Assembly: GCA_034530875.2 (NCBI GenBank)
Contig: JAVRCJ020000007.1
Location: forward strand, 192,001 to 256,000
Reading direction: 5' to 3'
Length of the DNA: 64,000 nt
DNA from: Nostoc sp. DedSLP01
GTDB lineage: Bacteria > Cyanobacteriota > Cyanobacteriia > Cyanobacteriales > Nostocaceae
Shown here: one piece after another, positions 1 through 10,290 of the stretch
How the letters are laid out: each line of letters begins with the position of its first letter
Position numbering within the stretch: the first letter of the stretch is position 1
Made by a program: the position numbers and the translations under genes
Notes under the pieces: generated by a model
The model's input: only the letters and a program-made list of their open reading frames with translations
Database searches by the model: none
Told to the model about the DNA's origin: nothing

Positions 1-1898
1 ATATTGGTATTTACCTGTAACTGGCTTTTAGAGGCGATATCAGACAATTGAGAGACAAACCTTTCCACTAGATTTGGGCGGGCGTTGCGATCGCAAACGT
101 GTAACAATACAACTTCTGCCTGATTTACGTCAGCCAAAATCTGGGCAAACCGTAAAGCGCCTATGGTTTGGCGTGTTAAATCTCCAACTGGTACGAGAAT
201 TTTGCGGATTGTCTTGGGACTGCTCAAAAGGCGCGTCACTGCTACCGGACAATGAGAAGACCAAAAGACACTATCAATTACGCTACCAAATAAACGAGCG
301 CGTAAACCTGTTGTCCGCGACCAACCCATCACCACCAAATTAGCGTTTTGTTCTCGACTAGTGCGGCTAATTGCCAAAGCCACATCATCATCAATGCGAT
401 TTGTAGGTGAGACTTCTACATCAAATTCTTGACTAATTTCTTTAGCTAAATTCAACCTTTGCCGACTTTGTTCGAGTCCCGTTACTAATTGCGGATCGTC
501 CATTTGGATATGCGCTCTGGTAATAGCTAATGGTACAATCCTGCCAGATTCATGACTAGCTAACAATGCTGCCATTTCTATCAAATAGCGCTGGGTTTGA
601 GGGTTGTATATTGGCACTACAACAGTAAATAAATCTTCCCTTTTTTCTATTAACTCATCTTCACTACTTCCCCACCAAGTAGCCAGACTATCTGTTTGAA
701 AATCTGTCTCTTGCACCTGTAAGTAAGAAGCAAATCTTGCTGTGATTACCGGGCCTAATATTGCAGTCACCAGCATGAGGACAATCACGCTGTTTAACAC
801 ACCTTCATTAATTAGCCTTTCCCCCGCAGAATTCATGCTTTGATAAGCTACCAAAGTTGCTGCTAGTGTAGCTGCAACCTGTGGGAGCGACAACGACCAC
901 ATCGTTAACAATTCAGCCGTATTGTAGCGGTACAACAGTTTGGCTAAGAATGCGGCGATAAATTTGCTGCCAATCAAAGCTACTACAATTGCCACAGTCA
1001 GCCAAATTGAACTGAGAGTTTTAATAAATGCGGGAATATTAATCAATAATCCCATGTCCACAAAGAAACAAGGGATAAATAAAACACTGCCAATAAACTC
1101 AATTTTCTCTTTGACTGGGCTACGTCCCAGAACATCGTTGACAGCTAGACCTGCTAAAAAAGCACCAACAATTTTTTCAACTCCAATAATTTGCGCTCCT
1201 ACAGAGGCCAAAAATAATGCCAGTAATATGAATAAAAATTGGTTGCTTTGTTCGTCTCCAGAACGGCGAAAAAATTCTTTTCCTGCCCAGTCAAAGCCAA
1301 ACAAGACAACGACAGAGTAAATTGCTAATCCACCTAACAACATCGCTAAACTCAAGGCAGAGAATTCTCCTCCATGAATTCCCACACAAATTGCTAGTAC
1401 CAGCAAAGCACCTGTATCAGTAAAAATTGTCGCTCCAATTGTCACTGTTACAGCTTCATTTGTTACCACACCTAAACGGCTGACAATCGGATATGCCAAG
1501 AGAGTATGGGAAGCCAGCAAAGAACCAATTAAAACTGAAGAATTCCAACTAAAATTGAATAAGCGTCCCGTAATAATACCAGCAATTAATGGAACTAAAA
1601 ATGTAAATGCGCCAAACCCCATCGAGCGATTTTTAGTTTTTTTGAATTGCTCTAAGTCAATCTCTAAACCTGCTACGAACATTAAATAAAGTTTACCGAT
1701 TTCTGAAAGCAGTTTAATAGTTTCAGACTCGGAGTTTAACAACTTTAGTCCATTTTCTCCTAGTATTATACCTGCAAATAACAATCCTACTAAGCCAGGA
1801 AGTCGCAAACGCTCAAATATAGGGGGTACAGTAAAGATTACTATCAGCAGAATCGTAAACGCAACGATTGGACTGTCTTTTAGTAAGTCTTGTATCAT
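1..1898 (-). CDS. Cation:proton (Na+/H+) antiporter with C-terminal USP-like region; 3' end runs off the window
   Basis: Absent from the ORF track (no stop in window). Manual translation from ATG at 1898 gives MIQDLLKDSPIVAFTILLIVIFTVPPIFERLRLPGLVGLLFAGIILGENGL, typical of CPA antiporter TM helices. Later RIDDDVALAISRTSREQNANLVVMGWSRTTGLRARLFGSVIDSVFWSSHCPVAV is USP-like. The frame is still open at position 3. Confidence 0.9.
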   Translation of the reverse strand, partial: MIQDLLKDSPIVAFTILLIVIFTVPPIFERLRLPGLVGLLFAGIILGENGLKLLNSESETIKLLSEIGKLYLMFVAGLEIDLEQFKKTKNRSMGFGAFTFLVPLIAGIITGRLFNFSWNSSVLIGSLLASHTLLAYPIVSRLGVVTNEAVTVTIGATIFTDTGALLVLAICVGIHGGEFSALSLAMLLGGLAIYSVVVLFGFDWAGKEFFRRSGDEQSNQFLFILLALFLASVGAQIIGVEKIVGAFLAGLAVNDVLGRSPVKEKIEFIGSVLFIPCFFVDMGLLINIPAFIKTLSSIWLTVAIVVALIGSKFIAAFLAKLLYRYNTAELLTMWSLSLPQVAATLAATLVAYQSMNSAGERLINEGVLNSVIVLMLVTAILGPVITARFASYLQVQETDFQTDSLATWWGSSEDELIEKREDLFTVVVPIYNPQTQRYLIEMAALLASHESGRIVPLAITRAHIQMDDPQLVTGLEQSRQRLNLAKEISQEFDVEVSPTNRIDDDVALAISRTSREQNANLVVMGWSRTTGLRARLFGSVIDSVFWSSHCPVAVTRLLSSPKTIRKILVPVGDLTRQTIGALRFAQILADVNQAEVVLLHVCDRNARPNLVERFVSQLSDIASKSQLQVNTN

Positions 1899-2513
1899 TT
1901 GTAATATTTAATCCTAAATTTTTTAGCGTAAATTTACATACGAAAATCAAATAAAATTTTCGTAGACTTAAGTTTTTTGATGAATGGTAATTAAATCCTT
2001 CACAGCATAAATGCTGCATTGCGATCGCAGTTCTATCTCAAGAAGGGTTTATTTATATCAAAAGGCATAAATATATGATTTTTGACCAGAAAAAATATTA
2101 TGGATATTTGAAGATTGTAAATAGTAACTAAGAATTATAAATCTTGATATTTGAGAAAAATATAAGTTTTTACGGTAGATAATTTCAAGTATTAGCAAGC
2201 TAATAATTTTAATATCAAAATAATGTCAATAATTTTTCAAATGACACCATCAAAGTTGGTAATTTAAATTTTTGAAAAAATTAAAATAATAGTTTATTAG
2301 GACTCCTAGTTGATTTTTGCGAAGCTAAATACACTTTTTCCCTTTTTCCCTACTTGTACAAGAAGTCTTAACTTATGCGATCGCAGTTTGCACAGCTAAC
2401 TGAGTATATTTGCTTATCTGCCTGCTATAATCTGGAAAAATCTGGAAAAGCACTTCTGTGGGTTCCTATCAATGATAATTTTAAGCATTGGGAACCCCTA
2501 AAGATGAGAGTTT

Positions 2514-3200
2514 ATGAACGCAGCCGACGATAAAACAATTGTTCGCGAGTATTTCAATTCCACAGGGTTTGACCGTTGGAGGCGAATTTACGGCGATGGC
2601 GAAGTCAACAAAGTCCAGCTAGACATCCGCAATGGGCATCAGCAAACCGTAGATACAGTTATCGAGTGGCTAAAAGCTGATAACAATTTACCAGAACTAA
2701 CAATTTGCGATGCTGGCTGTGGTGTAGGTAGTCTCAGCATTCCACTGGCGATAGATGGTGCCAAGGTCTATGCCAGCGATATTTCTGAAAAAATGGTGGA
2801 AGAAGGCAAAGATAGAGCTTTACAAACCTTGGGAAATGCTGAAAATCCTACTTTTGCCGTGCAGGATTTGGAATCGTTGAGTGGTAGTTACCATACTGTT
2901 ATTTGCTTGGATGTCCTCATCCACTACCCCCAAGAAAAAGCTGATGAAATGATTTCTCACCTTTGTTCTTTGGCACAGTCGCGGATAATTCTCAGTTTTG
3001 CACCCAAGACCTGCGCTTTGACTATACTCAAGAAAATTGGCAGTTTCTTTCCCGGGCCGAGTAAAGCAACGCGCGCATATTTGCATCGTGAGGCGGATGT
3101 GGTGAAAATTTTGGAAAAGAACGGCTTTTCAGTGCAACGTCAAGCGATGACTAAAACTCGCTTCTATTTTTCCCGCTTACTGGAAGCTACGCGTTTATAA
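2514..3200 (+). CDS. chlM: Mg-protoporphyrin IX O-methyltransferase
   Basis: SAM motif ICDAGCGVG, N-terminal YFNSTGFDRWRRIYG, CLDVLIHYP, C-terminal FPGPSKATRAY...FYFSRLLEA. Confidence 0.97.
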   Translation: MNAADDKTIVREYFNSTGFDRWRRIYGDGEVNKVQLDIRNGHQQTVDTVIEWLKADNNLPELTICDAGCGVGSLSIPLAIDGAKVYASDISEKMVEEGKDRALQTLGNAENPTFAVQDLESLSGSYHTVICLDVLIHYPQEKADEMISHLCSLAQSRIILSFAPKTCALTILKKIGSFFPGPSKATRAYLHREADVVKILEKNGFSVQRQAMTKTRFYFSRLLEATRL

Positions 3201-3381
3201 CTTCCTCATATTCTTGATTTTTCCTTATCAGCTGTGGCGTGGTAACGCTTAAGTTGTGCATTAGATGTAGGTTGGGGAGCCACTGCGTTGGACGGGTTTC
3301 CCGGTTTAAAGCAAGTGGGGTTTGAGTAACGCCAAACTAAATTATAGATCTTGATGTTGCGTTAACGTCAGAAAACCCAAC

Positions 3382-4164
3382 TTACAATTTTTTATCGTTT
3401 AAATAACCAATAACTGTCTGTTTCCAGAAGTTTACTTTGTTTTCTCGTGTTGGTGTTTTACCAAGAAGTTTACGCCATGTACCATTGGCAGCCCCACTAG
3501 GATGAGGAAAGGGTAAATGTTTTATTTTTAAACCTAAATTATTAGCAGTTTCATTAGCTTTTTTTCCCCAAGTGATGAGTGCAATTGGTTCAAAGATATT
3601 TAACTCGTCTTGCAAAATTTTGATGGAGCGATCGCAATCTTTTTCACTAACACCAATACTGCGATAACCGTTATTAGGTTCGCTGACCCAAATTTTGAAT
3701 ACATCTGTCAAATAAACCCGATAGCCTTCTTCTAGTAAGACTTGGATCAAATCAAAGTAAAGTCTGGTATTTCGCAGCTTTTCACGGCAGTTCTTCAAAT
3801 GCATTGCGTATGGCGTTCCTATAACAATTTCTTCTCTTCTTTTATTGCTTCTTCTTCGAGGGTCTTGTCCAAGGATGACAACTGTCTTTTTATCCGAAAC
3901 ACCATTATCTAGTTCAAGAATGCTAGGAATATCAATTCCGATAATTAGAGCTTCATCATAAAGTTTTTGGAAGTTTGGATCGCCTGAACGAAAAATATTT
4001 CTGTTGATAGTGTGTTCGGGATAGCCCTCTACTTCAAATTCTTCACGCATCACTTGATAGAGGTTATTTAATTCTTCTTGTTTAATATCAAAAACTTTAG
4101 ATATTTCCTCATACAGTGCTTGAAATTCACAGCTTTTGAAATTTGAAAATAAATATCGTGACAT
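3382..4164 (-). CDS. Uracil-DNA glycosylase superfamily protein
   Basis: Motif 1 VVILGQDP, motif 2 FPHPSGAANG, and LITWGKKA between them. Confidence 0.8.
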   Translation of the reverse strand: MSRYLFSNFKSCEFQALYEEISKVFDIKQEELNNLYQVMREEFEVEGYPEHTINRNIFRSGDPNFQKLYDEALIIGIDIPSILELDNGVSDKKTVVILGQDPRRRSNKRREEIVIGTPYAMHLKNCREKLRNTRLYFDLIQVLLEEGYRVYLTDVFKIWVSEPNNGYRSIGVSEKDCDRSIKILQDELNIFEPIALITWGKKANETANNLGLKIKHLPFPHPSGAANGTWRKLLGKTPTRENKVNFWKQTVIGYLNDKKL

Positions 4165-4379
4165 AAAGGCAAGGTATTTTATAATCTAACTATTTATTAG
4201 AATGCCCAATTTTGTCACAATTAATTCATAGGAATGGTGATAATTCAATATACAAGGTTGGGTTGTAGCTTGCTTCCACGAAGTGGTACAAAGTGAAACG
4301 CAACACCCTTATCCAAGTTGGGTTTCGCTCTGCTCAACCCAACCTAAGTTAACTGTGCCCCTACTATAAACTATTGAAG

Positions 4380-4670
4380 TTACGAAAACTTGTCTTCAAC
4401 ATTTCTTGATTGATGTAATACTCGAAAAATTTCTATGCCGTTAGTTATTTTTGTGTAAAACACAATGTAAGGTTTTACAGGAAAGCTTCTAAGTTCCTTC
4501 ATTAAATCATCTCGCTTTTTGCCCATATCAGGAAACTGAGCAAGCATTGGAAAACGATTGAGAATTTGAGCTATCTGTTTGTCGGCTGCAAGTGCATCCT
4601 GTTGAGCAAGGTAAGTCCAAATATCTTCCAAATCTTGTTCGGCTTGCTGGGAAAGTCTGTAATGATTCAT
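4380..4670 (-). CDS. Type II TA toxin, RelE/ParE family
   Basis: YRLSQQAEQDLEDIWTY...FPDMGKKR...LRSFPVKPYIVFY...IEIFRVLHQSR pattern; 2 bp downstream of the antitoxin. Confidence 0.92.
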   Translation of the reverse strand: MNHYRLSQQAEQDLEDIWTYLAQQDALAADKQIAQILNRFPMLAQFPDMGKKRDDLMKELRSFPVKPYIVFYTKITNGIEIFRVLHQSRNVEDKFS

Positions 4671-4672
4671 TG

Positions 4673-5017
4673 TCAGCTATCCAGCTTTAGCTTATTCTGT
4701 CCTCGCGCTTTGATATTTTCGAGCAAATTAGGGAGAGACTCATCATTGTATTCATTATATTCTCCATGCTTTAGCTGTTCGGCTGCGATCGCAATATCTC
4801 TCTGTAATGCTTCAAACTTCAACTGACGCACTTCTTCCTCTGCAAGCTCAAGTCTATGAATCATTTCCTGAAAGGCACTTGCATCCTGGACGACGACTTC
4901 TGCTTTGCCATTGACAGTCAGCACAAGAGGTGATTTGGTCGCTTTGATACGCTCTATAAACTGTTTGACGTTGCGCTTGAAGTCTGTAAGTGAGTGAATA
5001 TTCTCTAGATCGATCAT
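4673..5017 (-). CDS. Type II TA antitoxin, Phd/YefM family
   Basis: IHSLTDFKRN...PLVLTVNGKAEVVVQD Phd-like N-terminus; upstream of the ParE toxin. Confidence 0.9.
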   Translation of the reverse strand: MIDLENIHSLTDFKRNVKQFIERIKATKSPLVLTVNGKAEVVVQDASAFQEMIHRLELAEEEVRQLKFEALQRDIAIAAEQLKHGEYNEYNDESLPNLLENIKARGQNKLKLDS

Positions 5018-5271
5018 AAAATAGATATTGAATTAAGTGCTGAATTAAAACTCTATTCAATACTATCAAGCTTATCATATACTAACGTACCAATTTGCAT
5101 ATCACAAAACTGGTAAATTATCAACACTATTTTTCCAAGTTATATGGATTTAGCAATTCAATTGCTAAAATTTACTCCTGTGCAAGTATTTAATTTAGCC
5201 CAAGATTATGGAAGTGATTTATCAGAAGGTAGGTGGTTGGGCATCCATATTTCATTAGATCGAAAAGTTTT

Positions 5272-5363
5272 GCGTTAGCGTACCCCTTTGGGGAAGCAAG
5301 CTACGCGTAGCGTCTCGAAGAGAAGCTCACCGTTGGCGGAGCCTCTCGTAGAGAAGGTATCGC
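5272..5363. repeat. Nested small dispersed repeats inserted in a HIP1 site
   Basis: GCG...ATCGC (split GCGATCGC) encloses GC-rich modules such as TTAGCG, AAGCAAGCTACGCGTAGCG and CTCTCGTAGAGAAG, which recur near 21740-21800 and 51460-51510. Confidence 0.6.
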
Positions 5364-5388
5364 TCATACTAAAGAACAACTTTGTACA

Positions 5389-5826
5389 TTATTTACAATT
5401 TTTTTGCAGAAGAGATATAGCGAGTTCAAAACTATTAGGTTGAGTTTGTACTGCAAAGGCTTCTCTTTCTAAATCTTGTCTGCGGATATCAGTATAGTGC
5501 ATAAAAAATGGTCGAGCATAATTAATAGGCTCAATATTTAAACCTAAAGTTTTTATTTTGCCTTTACCCGCACAGACTTGTGCAGCATGAACAGCCTCAT
5601 GAATTAGGGTTTGAGTACCGATATTTAACTCAAAAACTACTGGATTAATCCAAATTTTTTTAGTCTTTTCTTGTAATAAACCATAAGCACCACGCTGAGG
5701 TGGTAGTTGAATAATCACCGGAAAATTAAATTTTTCTAATTGTTTTTTTAAATCGATAAATTTTTTGTCTGGGGTCGCTACTTGAGAAATTAATAATAAA
5801 GAATTTAATAGTACAGTTTGGATCAT
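5389..5826 (-). CDS. Small, probably exported protein with HExxH zincin motif
   Basis: Hydrophobic N-terminus; TLIHEAVHAAQ; downstream EREAF could supply the third ligand. Confidence 0.7.
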   Translation of the reverse strand: MIQTVLLNSLLLISQVATPDKKFIDLKKQLEKFNFPVIIQLPPQRGAYGLLQEKTKKIWINPVVFELNIGTQTLIHEAVHAAQVCAGKGKIKTLGLNIEPINYARPFFMHYTDIRRQDLEREAFAVQTQPNSFELAISLLQKNCK

Positions 5827-5923
5827 GAAAATTTATGTATTAGATTTAAGCTCAGCCATAATCTTTCATATTATATGCGCTTAGTTAACCATGAGCTAAT
5901 AATCCTAATTATTCTTGAAAGGC

Positions 5924-5960
5924 AAACTCTCCAACTTGTTTAAAAAATTGGAGAGCTTTT
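5924..5960 (-). terminator. Hairpin downstream of the transketolase-like gene
   Basis: Stem CTCTCCAA/TTGGAGAG with A/T flanks, about 20 bp after the stop codon. Confidence 0.45.
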
Positions 5961-5978
5961 AGTTTCGGCGATCGCAAA

Positions 5979-7892
5979 TTATCTAATCAAATCTTTCACC
6001 TTGTTCATAATACTCACTGGGTCAATTCCTTGATGTGGATATTGTTCCCACAAACCGCCGCAACCTTCTCTATGAGTACCAAGATAAGCGTATTTGGGAG
6101 TCAACCCACGCTCTAACAGCCAGCTGCCAAAACGGCTGCCTAATCCAGTTCGGCGATTAAATGGCTCAACCACAAGTACAAATGGAGCATTACCGATTTT
6201 TGCGATCGCCTCTTCGTCAATAACGTTTAGAGTTGGTTTATTAATTAAACCTATATCTAAACCTTCTTGCTTCAGACGCTCAACGGCATCGAGGGCGCGA
6301 TACAGAGCATCACCAAAGCTAACAATGTAGCCTTGCGTTCCTTCTCGAATTACCTCATCTTTACCAGGAATAAATTTATAGTCACTGCCAAAAAATTCCT
6401 GGCCGTTGTTGTCGAGAATTGATGGTACTTTAGAACGGGTGGAAAAAATAAACCGCAGTCCAGCTTCAAAGAATACAGACTCTACACAAGCTTTCATCTG
6501 ATTGGCATCAGCTGGAAAGTAAAGACGTGTTTGGTAGCCATCATCTAAACCATTGTCAGCGAACATATTATTGAGGCCGAAGTGGCAGGTATTATCCGCC
6601 ATATCGTCGATGCCTGCATGAGAAAAGTGACAAAGTACGTTGGAATAATTCAACCGCGCCATCGTAATCTCTGAAATACACATTTCTAAGAAGGCGCTAA
6701 AGGTTGCGAAAATACCTTGTTTTCCTGACTCCATCCCAAATCCGGCAGCAGCAGAAAAGTTGCTTCGTTCCATAATGCCAGAGGAAATAAAAATTTCCGG
6801 GTAAGCTTCGTGAATTTTCTTCAGACCGCACGAGCCTTCAAGGTCGCTATCGATAACTCTCACTTTTTCCTTACGTTCTACTTCGCTGAGGCGACTTAAA
6901 ACACCAACCATCGCATCACCGAACACATTACGATTAGCATTCCATTTGTCACTGGAACCGAGAAAAGTGTAGGTTTGTTTCGGTTTCTGAATACTCTTGA
7001 GGTAATCAACAGCAGCAGTTTGTCCCCGTGATTCTAGATATTTAATAGCTAACTCTACAGAAATCACATCGTGACCGTGAATAGAGCCTTCTAAACCTGC
7101 AATACCAGGACACATGGGGCGTTTATTAATGATGGCAACTGGGCCGGGAGTATTCACAGCTTCGCGAATCCGACTGTATAGGTCGTCTAAGTCTTCCCCA
7201 TCTCCTGCGAGTATCTTCAATCCATGTCCTTGTAAGGTTTTGGCGACACTGAAACCAGGGAGATATTTGGAAGGATGTCCGGCGATTGTCACGTCATTAT
7301 CATCAATAATTAGCTTGACGTTAAGATGTTGAGCGACAGCCAACCGAGCAGCTTCAGCATCGTTGCCTTCTTGCTGAGAACCATCGGAACCAAGGCAGAA
7401 AACCACTTTACCTGGATTTGCCATTGCCACACCATTGATGTAAGGCCATATATGTCCCAATCGTCCAGAACTAAATTTGACGCCAGGAGTTAGCCCTAAT
7501 TCTGGATGTCCTGGTAAGCGAGAATGTGCTTGACGATAGTGTAGAAGCTGCTCGGTTGGTAAATCACCGTGCAAAGCTGCCATTAGATATTGAGTTGCGA
7601 CTCGATGTCCAGCCTCATCAAAGAAAGTCGGCACAAACTTATCGGGTGCTGAATTAAACAAGGCATCAAGTACGATCGCCTCTGGTACTGTGTCGAATGG
7701 CCCTCCAGTGTGACCGCCTACCCCTGTCGCAGCTCCCGTGGCTGTAAAAAACACGATCGCATCACGACACAGTTGAATGTTTGCTTTTAGGTTCTCTCGT
7801 TGCTCCGAGGTAAGAGTTGCATTTGCCAAATCGAGAACTACTGGTTTGTAAGCACTCAAATCAATGGGAAATTGAAGCTTGGTAACAGTCAT
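5979..7892 (-). CDS. Transketolase-family ThDP enzyme (atypical subfamily)
   Basis: GGHTGG, RLPGHPE, FSSGRLGH, ThDP motif GSDGSQQEGNDAEA...DDN, DSDLEGS, GIMER, FATFSAF, FSHAG. Confidence 0.88.
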   Translation of the reverse strand: MTVTKLQFPIDLSAYKPVVLDLANATLTSEQRENLKANIQLCRDAIVFFTATGAATGVGGHTGGPFDTVPEAIVLDALFNSAPDKFVPTFFDEAGHRVATQYLMAALHGDLPTEQLLHYRQAHSRLPGHPELGLTPGVKFSSGRLGHIWPYINGVAMANPGKVVFCLGSDGSQQEGNDAEAARLAVAQHLNVKLIIDDNDVTIAGHPSKYLPGFSVAKTLQGHGLKILAGDGEDLDDLYSRIREAVNTPGPVAIINKRPMCPGIAGLEGSIHGHDVISVELAIKYLESRGQTAAVDYLKSIQKPKQTYTFLGSSDKWNANRNVFGDAMVGVLSRLSEVERKEKVRVIDSDLEGSCGLKKIHEAYPEIFISSGIMERSNFSAAAGFGMESGKQGIFATFSAFLEMCISEITMARLNYSNVLCHFSHAGIDDMADNTCHFGLNNMFADNGLDDGYQTRLYFPADANQMKACVESVFFEAGLRFIFSTRSKVPSILDNNGQEFFGSDYKFIPGKDEVIREGTQGYIVSFGDALYRALDAVERLKQEGLDIGLINKPTLNVIDEEAIAKIGNAPFVLVVEPFNRRTGLGSRFGSWLLERGLTPKYAYLGTHREGCGGLWEQYPHQGIDPVSIMNKVKDLIR

Positions 7893-8042
7893 AAATTTAT
7901 TCCTGGGAATTTAGAAAGGGCAATGGCATTTGGAAACTTGCAACAAATCAGAAATTCAGGCAATGGCAATCCGACCGCTTTTGTTTAATAAAGCAGACTA
8001 TCAAAAGTCATTGAAAATGCAGCTAAGATTGTTAAATCTTGC

Positions 8043-8150
8043 TTGCACGAATGTGCTTGAATTTATTTAAAGGTGACGAGAAACGTGCAGGAACCTGCAT
8101 ACCTATGAGTATAAACTCACAAACGTGCAATTTCAAGATTAAATATGCAA
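8043..8150. promoter_or_regulatory. Phased AAACGTGCA-like repeats in the divergent transketolase/DeoR promoter (candidate operator)
   Basis: AAACGTGCAG (8081), GAACCTGCAT (8091), AAACGTGCAA (8121) and AAATATGCAA (8141) lie in a 10-bp register; an inverted TTGCACGA is at 8043. Confidence 0.6.
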
Positions 8151-8167
8151 CTTCAGGAAAATAAATT

Positions 8168-8923
8168 ATGCTAACTGCGGAGCGACGGCAATTCATCTTA
8201 GAGATTCTGCGTCGTGACAAAAAGGTGCTGTCATCGGAACTGAGTGCGGTTTTAAAGGTTTCTGAAGATACGATTCGCCGGGATTTGCGGGAATTAGCGG
8301 AGTCGGGTTTATTGCAGCGCGTTCATGGGGGGGCGCTGCTAATTTCGCCAGCGATCGCTTCTTATGCCGATCGCCAAAAGCAAGCACCGAAAGAAAAAGA
8401 AGCGATCGCCCGTGCAGCTGCTAAATTAGTCTCTCCAGGGCAGGTGGTAATTTTAGATGGAGGCACCACGACTCTGCAAGTAGCTCGGCATTTGCCTGTC
8501 GATTTGCAAGCGACAATTGTCACAAATAGCCCTCCCATTGCTGTAGCCTTAGCAGAACATCAACATATAGAAGTTGTTATGTTAGGCGGAAAACTCTACA
8601 AAAAAGCTTTGGTCAACGTTGGTGCTGCTACAGTTGAGGCATTACGGATGATTCGTGCAGATTTGTGCATGTTGGGAGTGTGTAGCCTACATCCAGAATT
8701 TGGAATTAGCGTACAGAACTTGGACGAAGCCCATGTCAAACGAGCCATGATTGCTGGAGCAGCCGAGGTAGTTGGATTAGCCACAGAAGAGAAGTTAGAC
8801 ACTGCTGCTGCTTATGTTGTGGAATCGATTCATGCCCTAACTTACCTCGTAACAGCACCAACTGTATCCGATCGCCTGCTAACTTCTTACAAAGCTTTGG
8901 GTTTGGCGATCGTTCGTGAGTAA
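8168..8923 (+). CDS. DeoR/GlpR family transcriptional regulator
   Basis: HTH signature VSEDTIRRDLRELAESGLLQRVHGGA; sensor domain ILDGGTT, VTNS. Confidence 0.96.
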   Translation: MLTAERRQFILEILRRDKKVLSSELSAVLKVSEDTIRRDLRELAESGLLQRVHGGALLISPAIASYADRQKQAPKEKEAIARAAAKLVSPGQVVILDGGTTTLQVARHLPVDLQATIVTNSPPIAVALAEHQHIEVVMLGGKLYKKALVNVGAATVEALRMIRADLCMLGVCSLHPEFGISVQNLDEAHVKRAMIAGAAEVVGLATEEKLDTAAAYVVESIHALTYLVTAPTVSDRLLTSYKALGLAIVRE

Positions 8924-9176
8924 ATAAGGGAACTGGAAAAAATAAATAATAGGTTTAGGTGGTTGAGTGTTGACTGACACCGTTGGCGAAATATTTCTTA
9001 ATGCTGGAAATGCTTGTGCTGTCGTGGAAACCTGCCAACGAAAGTTTCCAAAAACCACCCTTCCAATGAATTCGCCAACGGTATCTTCGCTACTTTCCCC
9101 CATCAAGGAAGCTTGAATAGCTAACGATGTCAACCTCCTCAATGGTGGGCGGCTAGGCAAAAAGCTCGGAAGTCTT

Positions 9177-9355
9177 TAGGACTTACGCATTGACAGGAAA
9201 AACCAAATATGAGGTATGGATTTCAAGCATTAAACCTTGATTTTTCGACACTTTTTAGGCGATCGCTATTTATCCAAAGATGATTGATTAAAGCCTGAAA
9301 CGACGTATTTTCGTTAATGCACAAGATAATCAATTTGTACAGTGCGTAAGTCCTA
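9177..9355. mobile_element. MITE with TAGGACTTACGCA terminal inverted repeats
   Basis: Left TAGGACTTACGCATTG, right CAGTGCGTAAGTCCTA; TA at both ends; 179 bp, non-coding. A related end (AGGAGTTACGCACT) lies near 17266. Confidence 0.8.
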
Positions 9356-9420
9356 GTCTTCTCTATCAGCGCGGTGCCTTCAATTCATGGGCAGGCAGGC
9401 AGCAGGTGAGCCAATCAGGC

Positions 9421-10260
9421 TTACAGCATGGGAAGCACCCGGGGACGAGATCCGGTCGGGAAGGCTGCGTCGATTCGATCGAGTTCGGTTTGGGTCAGAT
9501 TGAGTTCCCCAGCTCCCGCGTTTTCAGCGGCGTGTTCGGGGTTGGATGCTTTGGGTATTGCGAAGAGCGAGGAATGCCGCACCAGAAATCGGAGCGCGAC
9601 TTGGCGAGGGGTGGCGTTATGGGCGGCGGCGATTTCCTGTAGTACGCGACCTGCGGTTGTGCGCGAGCTGGGAAAATCCCCATGACCGAAGGGGCTGTAT
9701 GCGACTACGGCGACCCCATGCTTCTCACACCAGGGGATCACAGCATGTTCGATCGCTCTCTGTCTCAAATGGTAAAGGACTTGATTGCAGACGAGAGAAC
9801 CCTCGCCAGCGATCTTCTGGACTGCTTCAAGGTCAGGCACATCGAAGTTGCTCACGCCCCAGCAGAGAATCTTCCCCTCGTGCTGAAGCTGCTCGAAGGC
9901 AGCGATCGTCTCCTCCAGTGGGTGTTGACCGCGCCAGTGCAACAGATAACAGTCCAGCTGATCGGTATGAAGTCGAGCGAGGGATTTCTCGCAGGCTACG
10001 ATCGTCCCTCTCCGAGAAGCATTTCCAGGAAGAACCTTGGAAACCAGGAAAACCCGATCGCGTCGTCCAGCGATCGCCTCTGCGACCACCTCCTCGGCGC
10101 TACCGTACATCTCTGCCGTGTCGATATGGGTCATGCCGAGATCGAGTCCTTGGCGCAAAGCCGCGATCGCAGAGGCGCGGTCACCGTTGTCGATGTACCA
10201 GGTTCCTTGACCGATCGCTGCCACCTCGCGCTGCGTGGAACCAAATCGATGCTGTTCCAT
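9421..10260 (-). CDS. Aldo/keto reductase
   Basis: IGQGTW, IDTAEMYG, LVSKV, LDCYLLHW, WGVSNF, NQVLYHL, AYSPFG, AIPKAS. Confidence 0.95.
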   Translation of the reverse strand: MEQHRFGSTQREVAAIGQGTWYIDNGDRASAIAALRQGLDLGMTHIDTAEMYGSAEEVVAEAIAGRRDRVFLVSKVLPGNASRRGTIVACEKSLARLHTDQLDCYLLHWRGQHPLEETIAAFEQLQHEGKILCWGVSNFDVPDLEAVQKIAGEGSLVCNQVLYHLRQRAIEHAVIPWCEKHGVAVVAYSPFGHGDFPSSRTTAGRVLQEIAAAHNATPRQVALRFLVRHSSLFAIPKASNPEHAAENAGAGELNLTQTELDRIDAAFPTGSRPRVLPML

Positions 10261-10290
10261 ACCTGTCCTCCTGATTAACGCTCCGAGTCC

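Noticed and set aside
74..2019. ORF-track entries 74..343, 940..1320 and 1813..2019
   Set aside because: They overlap the real minus-strand antiporter gene that the track missed.
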